A stretch of DNA of 64,000 bases, taken from NCBI GenBank assembly GCA_041658255.1, contig JBBAAQ010000001.1:100368-164367 (forward strand), given 5' to 3'. This DNA comes from Candidatus Woesearchaeota archaeon (GTDB lineage Archaea; Nanobdellota; Nanobdellia; Woesearchaeales; UBA9642). Positions 50,838 to 60,300 of the stretch are shown in pieces. The notes under the pieces were generated by a model that was not told where the DNA came from, did no database searches, and worked only from the letters and a program-made list of their open reading frames with translations. Position 1 is the first letter of the stretch, and each line of letters starts with the position of its first letter. Both the position numbers and the translations under genes were made by a program.

Positions 50838-50914
50838 ATATTAGACAAATTAGCAAATTTCTCTAATTCTTCTTGTTTTCCTAACACGTTATTGGATAGT
50901 TTTACAACTTTCAT
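50828..50914 (-). CDS. 28-aa candidate precursor peptide MKVVKLSNNVLGKQEELEKFANLSNMCS
   Basis: strong SD GAGGGG 7 nt upstream of the ATG; lies immediately upstream of the rSAM/SPASM gene; C-terminal Cys-Ser. Confidence 0.4.
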   Translation of the reverse strand: MKVVKLSNNVLGKQEELEKFANLSNMCS

Positions 50915-51142
50915 GTTTTCGCCCCTCGATTAATGAAATTATAATCGATAATAATAGTGTAGTTCTGTTATTTATATACCTTTCGCTTTTTAACACGTAT
51001 ACCCCGTAAATTTTCCGGTTCTAATTCACAATATTAAAATACTTCTTCTGCTTTAGGATAGTAAGATTGTGCATACTATTTAAGTGCGCTCCGAATCGTA
51101 TACACGCGAGACGATTATTATGCTCGGAATTATTCTCTCCTC

Positions 51143-51820
51143 TCAGAATTGATTCAGACTCTTCTGTTTCAATTTAATATTGTATGACTCAGGATTGATG
51201 ATCATGTCGTCCTTTGCAGCAAGGATTTGCGTCTTGAATGGAATGTTTTTTTCTTGGAGCAATCTCTTTATCTCTCGCGTTACTTCTAATGGATCTTTGA
51301 CATCATGAGTAAAGTTTGTTAAGATATACAGTTCAGGATTGATCTGTTGTACTAATTCTACGATTTGTTCTTTGCTTAATGTATGTTCTCTGCTCGAATA
51401 TTCGCTGATGATGATATTGGTGTCTTTCAACTCCTCAGCAAGTTTTTTCGTGTAAGTGATTGTTGTGAAGTACGTGAGCATATATTTATGTGTTTTTATC
51501 TTAAATGCTAAAGAATCAAGTTTTGTCTGGATGAAGATAATATCCTTTTTTGGTTCTGGATTCTTTGGAGTGATAAACCTTGCGTGAGATATCTTCTGGA
51601 GATATGCTGCATCATTCGTGTAGATATCGTCTTCTTCTGTCGCAAGGATGAAATCTAATTCCTCGATTTTAGCTTGAAGTTTGGCGAGTTGAATGATTGA
51701 GCCGATTCCCGGATTGATAAGAATTTTCTGTTCATTGACGAGGAGAATCCCGCCTGCACTGCGCCCCTTTTGCATACTTTGGTAATCACTTCCACTTCCT
51801 AAGAAAATGATCTGCGACAT
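51143..51820 (-). CDS. hypothetical protein with a weak metallo-beta-lactamase-fold-like N-terminus lacking HxHxDH
   Basis: IIFLGSGS..GRSAGGILLV..ILINPGIGS pattern; no His cluster. Confidence 0.35.
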   Translation of the reverse strand: MSQIIFLGSGSDYQSMQKGRSAGGILLVNEQKILINPGIGSIIQLAKLQAKIEELDFILATEEDDIYTNDAAYLQKISHARFITPKNPEPKKDIIFIQTKLDSLAFKIKTHKYMLTYFTTITYTKKLAEELKDTNIIISEYSSREHTLSKEQIVELVQQINPELYILTNFTHDVKDPLEVTREIKRLLQEKNIPFKTQILAAKDDMIINPESYNIKLKQKSLNQF

Positions 51821-51892
51821 AATAGTTATAATCCTTCAAACTTTATTAAGATTGTTGTTGTGGAATAGGGTTATTACGGATTATAGCAATTT

Positions 51893-52013
51893 CATGAGTG
51901 CAGTATTCATAGCAATGATTGCTGTTAAAGTCAATAATGTGTTTTTGAGTTTACTCATACTTTCTCTAGGATGTTACTATTTATAAAGTTTACTGAAGTT
52001 ACCACTAGAAAGG
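51893..52013. repeat. 121-nt duplicate of the promoter plus signal-peptide 5' end of the gene at 52744..54204, copy 1 (encodes a 25-aa remnant MSKLKNTLLTLTAIIAMNTALMKLL on the minus strand)
   Basis: ~85% identical to 54139..54259. Confidence 0.7.
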
Positions 52014-52294
52014 AGCAACATAGAAAGATTTATATATGTGTTATCACATACTTATGTGTAAAGGTGATCATTATGAGTAATATAACATTATCAATGCCAA
52101 ACGATGTTCATTTGCAGATGAAAGAATTTTCCGAAGTGCGATGGAGTGAAGTTGCGCGTAAAGCGATTATAGAAAAACTTGAAACATTGCGCATGGCTGA
52201 ATCGTTAGCGAAAAAAAGCAAACTTACAGAAAAAGATGTTCAAGATTTTAGTAAAAAAATTAATACCCTTGCTACAAAGAGGATTATGAAATGA
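51971..52294 (+). CDS. antitoxin-like small protein (VapB/RHH-type); probable start 52073 after an AAGGTGA SD
   Basis: MSNITLSMPNDVHLQMKEFSEV..; stop overlaps the PIN gene start (ATGA). Confidence 0.5.
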   Translation: MLLFIKFTEVTTRKEQHRKIYICVITYLCVKVIIMSNITLSMPNDVHLQMKEFSEVRWSEVARKAIIEKLETLRMAESLAKKSKLTEKDVQDFSKKINTLATKRIMK

Positions 52295-52719
52295 ATATTG
52301 TTCTAGATTCGAACATACTCTTTTCAGCACTCATTAAAAATTCTACAACTAGAAAAATAATTCTTGATTATGACGGATTCTTCCTCTTTCCATCATACAT
52401 ATTTATCGAGATGGAACATCATAAAGATGAATTATACAAAAAATCTGAACTTTCAGAAAAAGAATTCGATGATCTACTCCATTTAATTCTTTAAAAAGTA
52501 TTAATCGTACCACACGCAGTCATACAACCGCACATTAAAGAAGCAATTATTATTGCTCAACCTATCGATATCAATGATATGTTATTCATCGCATGCGCAC
52601 TCGCATATCATAAAAGCATCCTCTGGTCGAATGATAAGAGATTAAAAACACAATCAAGAATTCGCGTGTTGAATACTCGAGAAATAATTTTATATTTCCA
52701 GGAAAAACAAAAATCTTGA
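52291..52719 (+). pseudogene. vapC: PIN-domain VapC-like toxin interrupted by an in-frame TAA at 52492-52494
   Basis: N-terminal MNIVLDSNILFSAL (PIN Asp box); the same frame continues after the TAA: ..DINDMLFIACALAYHKSILWSNDKRL.. to a TGA at 52717. Confidence 0.55.
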
Positions 52720-52743
52720 TTTTTCTTTCTAAAAAAATTAGGA

Positions 52744-54204
52744 TTACGGATTATACTTATCTCTCATCACTTGTTCTAGACTTTTATTGCTTAGTGCAGT
52801 GTATGTTGTTCCGTCATGTCTGGTGAGTATGATCATTGTTGCATTTCCGCTTGTTTTTCCGAGATAATTTTGCCAACTCGGTGCGATTTCCATTTGTTTA
52901 GTTGAGTCCCACTTTGTGTTTGGCGGATTCATGAAATGTGCTTGTAACATTGTGATATCGATTGGATTTTTGAAATCTTTACCAAGGTTTCCTACTGCCG
53001 AGTTGAATAGTCCATTATAGTCTGGATCGTCGTTTCTTCCGAAGTATGTTTCTCCTGTCATTACTTCTTTGGTTAATGAAACATCCATAGCATATAACCC
53101 GAATGTTAAATTCTCGCTTTTGAGATATGCTTGATCGTATACTGTTGCTGCTCTGTTTATTATTCCTGTTGTTGTGTTGAAGTCTACTACTGTTGCCGCT
53201 GCAAATCCTCCTGCGTCTCCAAATCCTATTTGGTGCATTCCGTTCGGCGTGTTTGGATATTCTTGTCCTGTTTCGAATTTTTTGTTTTTGAAATACGTTG
53301 TGTCGAGATTGTTTATTTTAGCGTTTTGGATGAGTGTTGCTTTTTGTTTGTATATTTCGTAGAATTGTTTTTGTACAGCATTGAGTGTATCGACTACAAA
53401 ATGTGCTGTTAATGGCTTGAGAGTTCTTACATTACCTTTTTGTGTAGGGTCCATCTTGCTTAGTTTATTATACTTTTCCATCACACTCGCAGGCATGTTT
53501 GTTTTGTCTTTTATGTATTGATCTATTGTTGTATCCTGACTGGTAGAGAATGTTGTTTGCCATCCCCAGATGTTTTGTCCTTCGATAGTCATTGTGTATT
53601 CTGTTCTTCCTGTTGTTTTTCCTAGTCGTTGTTGTTCTGTTCTCGCGTTTATTTGTTCTTGTAATGCGCGTTCTAGTGTTTGTGGGTTTTCGCGATGTAC
53701 TATTGATGTTTTTCCTGCTTTGAATTTTCCTTCTTGTTCTATAGTATATGGATATATCCCGCTGCTTACACGCGCTCCTGCATCATTTTTTTTATCCCAG
53801 TAGAGTCGGTGTCTTCCTGCGCTTTGTTCTGCATTGTAGAGTTCGCGTATTTTTTGTCCGAGTATATTGAATACTGTGATTTTTGTTTTTGCTGTTTTTG
53901 GTAGTGCGTATTCTATTGTTCCTTCTGCTGCTATTGTTTCTATTCCTGTTATTGTTTCAGTATTTTCTTTATCTTTTATTCCTGTTACGAGTAGATTATA
54001 TCGCCCTTGGTTATCTGTTCTTGTCGTCTGTGTATTAATAGGATTATTTTTTTCCGCAATAGTCACAGTCACGTAGCTTGCAGGTTTCTTGTCGAATATT
54101 GATTTGATTGTTCCATTAATATTTCTATAAGATTGTGCCATGAGCGCAGTATTCATAGCAAGAATTGCCGTCAAAATCAATAATGTATTCTTGAGTTTAC
54201 CCAT
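52744..54204 (-). CDS. secreted protein with an N-proximal FlgD-Ig/T9SS-sorting-domain-like beta-sandwich
   Basis: signal peptide; KITVFNILGQKIRELYNAEQSAGRHRLYWDKKNDAGARVSSGIYPYTIEQEGKFKAGKTSIV. Confidence 0.5.
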   Translation of the reverse strand: MGKLKNTLLILTAILAMNTALMAQSYRNINGTIKSIFDKKPASYVTVTIAEKNNPINTQTTRTDNQGRYNLLVTGIKDKENTETITGIETIAAEGTIEYALPKTAKTKITVFNILGQKIRELYNAEQSAGRHRLYWDKKNDAGARVSSGIYPYTIEQEGKFKAGKTSIVHRENPQTLERALQEQINARTEQQRLGKTTGRTEYTMTIEGQNIWGWQTTFSTSQDTTIDQYIKDKTNMPASVMEKYNKLSKMDPTQKGNVRTLKPLTAHFVVDTLNAVQKQFYEIYKQKATLIQNAKINNLDTTYFKNKKFETGQEYPNTPNGMHQIGFGDAGGFAAATVVDFNTTTGIINRAATVYDQAYLKSENLTFGLYAMDVSLTKEVMTGETYFGRNDDPDYNGLFNSAVGNLGKDFKNPIDITMLQAHFMNPPNTKWDSTKQMEIAPSWQNYLGKTSGNATMIILTRHDGTTYTALSNKSLEQVMRDKYNP

Positions 54205-54259
54205 ACTTTCTCTAGGATGTTACTATTTATAAAGTTTACGGTTGTTACCACTAAAAAGG
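54139..54259. repeat. 121-nt repeat, copy 2 (native promoter/5' end of the 52744..54204 gene)
   Basis: aligned to 51893..52013. Confidence 0.7.
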
Positions 54260-54326
54260 GACTATTTAATAACTTCTGATTTTTCTGCTTTGAAATCATT
54301 AACTATTTAAATGCGTTTCCTAAAGA

Positions 54327-57300
54327 TTGATAAAAAGTAGTGTGAGGCGGTTGATGATGAATAAACGCGTACTATATTTATTCTTTTTATTATTTATTTT
54401 AGGGATGTTATCTATTTTTATTATTCCTTATGTTTCTGCTGCTACAGCTGTTGCGGGTGATGAAGGTAGTGGTGGTGGTGGTACTTGTATTCCTACTACT
54501 TGTACTGCTTTGGGTAAGACTTGTGGTTCTTGGAGTGATGGGTGTAGCGCAACATTGAACTGTGGTACATGCAATTCTGGGTATACGTGTACGAGTGGTC
54601 AATGTGTTGCTGATGCAACTTCATGCACTACCACTGGTTGCTCTAATGGATATATTTGTGATCTTTGGGGTGGTGTATTTGCATCACCCTATTGTAGTTG
54701 TCCGAGCGGAACAGTACAAATTACTCATTATGATTATACTCTTAATAGAACGATTATTGATAGAACATATACGGGATATCAGGGGTGTAGTGTTGAAGTT
54801 TCCCCGGGTGTGTGGACTCAAATACAATGTGTAAATACTCAAACAGATAGCCAGAATTGTGGTTGGTGTGGGAATGCTTGTTCATCAGGTCTTTCCTGTG
54901 TTAGTGGTAATTGTCAATGCCCGACAGGTCAGACATTATGTAATGGTGCATGTGTAGGTACTGTTAGCGATCCTGCTAATTGTGGCAGGTGCGGCAATGT
55001 TTGTTATGCGCCTAATACGAAATGTTATTCAGGGTCTTGCGTGCAATGTATAAAAGCAATATTTGATTGTCCTGATGGACCTTATGAGTGTATAAATAAT
55101 CGATGTGTTCTACGTTGTGAAAGTCCAAATTTTTGTGGACCGGTAAATTCACTTAATACGGATTCTGATGAAGATCGCAAAGCCAATTGTGTAGGATCAG
55201 ATTGGTGTCTTTCATGCATTAACGGTTATGCTAATTGTAATGCGAATAGTGGTTGCGAGACAGACATCACTACAACAAGTAATTGTGGAAGTTGCGGGAA
55301 TGTATGTACTGCATCAAATCGTTGTCCTGCAGGTACAAGTACACTATTTTATATCTCTCCGACATGTAGTGGTACTTGCGGTACAGTATCGACTGGAAGT
55401 AGTCCATGTGCATCATCTTCATATTGTTCAAATAATATTTACTATATCCAACCCGGAGTATGTAATGGTCTGGGAACAGCATGCGCATTAGGTATAGCAC
55501 AGGCGCAACCAAGACTTGGAGAAACAAAGAGCTGTATTGATTCTTCCACACTTAGAACGACAACGTATAATACCTGTGATGCAAATGGGTATATAGGAAC
55601 ATCTAACGATGTGAATTGTCCTGTGGTTTATGGTGCTGGTTGGACTTGTCAAGTTGTTTTTGGTGTTCCCCAATGTAAGAGGCCACAAACTTTCTGGTGG
55701 AAAATGGATTCTGATGGCGATGGACATTATGTTGGTTCAGCAGTGGAAAGTAGTACATCTCCTGGAACAGGATATGTGGTTGTTTCTAGTCAAAATGTGC
55801 TAAGCGATGATTGTAATGATAATAACGCCGCTATCTATCCTGGAGCGACTGAATTATGTAATGGTGTTGATGATAATTGTGTGAATGGTGCTGATGAAAC
55901 TTTTGCACTTGGTGAAGTGTGTTCTTCTCCTGCAAATAATTGTGGCAAGACTAGTCTCGGGAATACAGTGTGTAATACTGCGCAAACTGGCGTAACTTGT
56001 AATGCTCAGAAACCTGCTGACGCATCACCTGCACCAAACACACCATATACTTCTCCTGCAAATAATTGTGGTGCTACCAATACTGGCGTATATGTATGTA
56101 ATGCAGATAAGATAAGTACCTCAGGCAATGTTCAGAAGCCTGTTGATGCTTCTCCTGCTCCGAATACTGCGTGTACTTCTGCTCCGAATAATTTAGGCGC
56201 TACTGCTTCTGGTTATTATCAATGTAGTGCTGATAAACTTTCTACTTATTGTAATGCAGTAAAGCCTGCTGATGGGTGTTCAGGCACTCCTCCAACAACA
56301 TCGTGTGGTACGTGTGGAACAATGACTGCTCTGTGTAGTGGAACAATCTGGACGTATACTGGTGCATCTTGTTCGTCTACAGGTACAACGCAACCACAAT
56401 CCTGTCTTGCAGTTAGTGGTTGTTCTGGTTCATTGACACAGACATGTACACTTCAAGGTTCGAATTATAATTGGGTTAGTGGTTCATGTTCATCATTATT
56501 AAATTATTGTGCAGGTACATGTATTGCTGCAGCATGTTGCACATTGAATTCAGAGTCATGTAATGGTGCCGACGACAATTGTAATGGTATTATTGATGAT
56601 CCTTGGAAGAGTGGTAGTCCAAAACTTGGTGATTCATACACTTCTCCTGCGAATTCTTGTGATGCAAAAAATTCTGGAACATGGGTGTGTAACAATGATG
56701 GTTCTGGAATAACAGGTAGTGTTGCTGCACCTGCAAATCCTTCTCCTGCTCCAAATACTGCTTGTACGTCTTCTGCAAATTCTTGTGGTGCGACAAATAC
56801 TGGAACATATTTATGTGCTGCTAACGGACTCTCAACTTCTTGTTCTGCTTTCGCACCTCCAAATCCTTCACTTGCTCCAGGAACTGTATGTACTTCTCTT
56901 CCCAATAATTTAGGTGCTACTGCTCAAGGTCAGTTTCAATGTAGTGCTGATAAACTTTCTACTTATTGCGATGCCATAACTCCTGCTCCTGGATGTACTG
57001 GTTCTGCGCCTACAACATCGTGTGGTACGTGTGGAACAATTACTGCTCTGTGTAGTGGAACAACATGGACGTATACTGGCGCAACTTGTTCAGCTACTGG
57101 TAATACGCAACCACAATCGTGTCTTGCAGCTAGTGGTTGTTCCGGTTCATTGACACAGACATGTACACTTCAAGGTTCTAATTATAATTGGGTTAGTGGT
57201 TCATGTTCATCATTATTAAATTATTGTGCAGGACAATGTACAAATCAATCGTGCTGTTCACTTCTTTCAGAATCGTGTAATGGTGCCGACGATAATTGTA

Positions 57301-60300
57301 ACGGTATTATTGATGATCCTTGGAAGGCTCCTGCTAATCCAAAACTTACTGATGTATGTACTGCAACAAATATTTGTGGTACAAATACTGGCGCGCAGGT
57401 CTGTACAGTTGATGGTACAGGAATAACTTGTTCTGTAACTCCTCCGGTGATGCCACTTAATTATGGGACACCTTGTAATTCTACTCCAAATAATTGTGGG
57501 ACTACAACTCCCGGAACTATAAAATGCGATGGAACATGTTCAGCGACTAAACCTCTTGATGTTGCAAGTTGTTGTGCAGGTACTCCTGCATCAAGATCAT
57601 GTACTGATCCTAATTGTGGTACTCAAACACAATTATGTTCAGGATCTGTATGGACTTATACTGGCGCATCATGCGCAGGTACTGGTGCTACAACAACACA
57701 ACCCTGCACGATCAATAGTTGTTCTGGAACGCAATCACGTAATTGTCAGTTAAGTGGTCTCTGGACAGGATGGGGTACATGCGTTGCAACTAATCCTCAA
57801 CAAGAAACCTGTAATGGCGTAGATGATAATTGTGATAGTAAGATTGATAATGAATTATCCCTTATTTCACGATCATGTACTGTTGGTAATGGTTCATGCA
57901 CGCGCACAGGAACGCAGACACAAGTATGTAATGGTATTTCTGGTCTAGGTTGGGGTGTATGTAGTGTAACACCTGGAACTCCAACAGCTGAAACATGTAA
58001 TAATATAGACGATAATTGTGATGGAACAGTTGATGAATGGCCAACATGTAATATTTGTGGCGATAATCGTTTAGGTGGTAGTGAGCAATGTGATGATGGA
58101 AATACAGTAAGCGGTGATGGTTGCAGTGCAACTTGTAGAACAGAAGGTGATGGTTCATGTAATAGTCTTTGCGGATTATTATTCCCTGCATGCCAATCAG
58201 GATTTTCTTGCGAATGGTCTGGGATAGTACAGCGTTGCAGAAATACTGCTTGTTCAACAGATTCAACATGTGGTTGTTGTACTCAATCCGGATGTAATGA
58301 TAATAATGGATGTACAACTGATGTGTGCACTACTGGTGTTGGTTGTAGTAATGCTGCACGTACTGGTGCATCATGTGGTACAAATCCTTTGGCATGTAGT
58401 GAAAATCTTGCAGTTATCAAGAATTATGCATGTAGTGCGACAGGTTCATGTGATGATGCTCTTGCATCAGACACTACAACAAATTGTGGTAATACGAATT
58501 ATTGTTCAGGATTTACTAATACATGTGTTGCATGCGCGTCTAATACTGCAAATTGTGATCAGGCTAATGCTGACTGTGAATCTCATTTATTGACTGATAT
58601 GAATAATTGTGGAACATGCGGGAATAAGTGTGGTGCAAGCCAGACATGTAGTGCAGGATCGTGTGTTACACCAGGTACATGGTATCGCGATGTTGATGGT
58701 GATGGCTACGGTACTCCTGCAAATTCAGTACTCAATCTCACTCAACCTGCAGGGTATGCAAATAATCCTGCTGATTGCAATGATAATAATTTTGCAATTA
58801 AACCGACTGCAACAGAATATTGTGACACTATAGATCAAAATTGTAATGGATTAATCGATGAAACATGTGATAAAGATGGTGATATGTATGCTGATCCTAC
58901 ACTTGCCTGTGTGGGAAGTTTTAGGGCAGGAAATGGTTTAATCTATGGTTGCGCGACTAATGGTCTTGACTGTAATGATAATTCTGCAACAACTTATCCG
59001 AATGCTCCAGAGATCTGTGGTGTCCGTGGTGGTAACGGGATCAAGGAGAATTGTGCTGCCAGCGTAGCAGATGTTGGTTGTAGTATTTGTGGTGATAAAA
59101 CCATCAATACACCCAATGGTCTTGGAGTAAATGAGGAATGTGATTATGGCTCGTGGTGTATGACAAATTTAGGAGTTAAAACTGTTTGTTCGCAAGATAC
59201 TGATTGTGCAGGGATCGGCGACGGATTATGTCTTCCGCGTGACAGTGTGAATTGTTCAGCACAATGTATGAGTACTGGTTGTGCTATCACTGGTCTTAGT
59301 ATTACTCCTATTGATTGTCAAGATAGAGCTATCGATGAAAAGATTTGTACAACAGGAAACACACTCAATATTTCGATACAATTTAGCGGCGCAGATTGCG
59401 CGAAAGCAAATATTGTACAAATAGACTACCATGATCAAAATAGAACATGTATGATTACTACTACCAGTACGCAAATTTTGGGGATAACAAAATCTTTCTT
59501 TACCGGAGGAAATGGAACATATGTATTTACCTATGTATTCCCGACAATACCTTCTTCATGTAGTGGTGCACCACTTAAACAGGCAGAAGCAGGGCTCTAT
59601 ACCGGAAACATTGCAAATATGCAAACAACATGGATTCAAAGAACAAACAGTATCGCTCCATTCCCAGGAATAAGCCCGACAGTCATACTTTATGATGCGT
59701 CACAACTCTGTACTGCAACTTGTCCGGAAGCTGCAATACTTGCAAACGAATTAGGAACATATACTGATATTGCAACTGCAGTAAAAACAAATCCTGCAGC
59801 AAAACAGAAATTTATGAACTTCCTGAAGAACGAAAATTGTTTCACGAGAAGCGCGCAAAAACTCAGAAATGCATATTGTGGTTTTGAAAAAAATACTGCT
59901 ACGAACGTCATTACTTATAAAACAAATACTACAGTAAAAATAGGGTTACCGTCACTAAAAGAAATAGAAGCGTCATGTACGATATTATATCCTATCGGAG
60001 CAGCACCAACGATTAGCGTCAGTGCAAAAGGCGGGTCTGGAACATACCATTATGCATACACATTTGGAGACGGAAAAACAGTAAATAGTACCACATCAAC
60101 TGCTACGATACCCAATGCGACACAAACGACAGGAGGATATGAACCAAGAGTTATAATAACTGATAGCAAAAGGAATACGAGAGAAATTGTTTGTCCAAAA
60201 ATTAATATAACCAGCACCGATTCATCTTCCAGAGGGTATTGTGGTGATGGAAAATTAAACGATGGTGAATATTGTGATTACGCAAACACTACAATGGTTT

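Noticed and set aside
52291-52719. Possibility of stop-codon reassignment (TAA read as sense) explaining the in-frame stop in vapC
   Set aside because: TAA, TGA and TAG each terminate many well-supported genes in the window at expected lengths. A single internal TAA fits a pseudogene or a sequencing error better.
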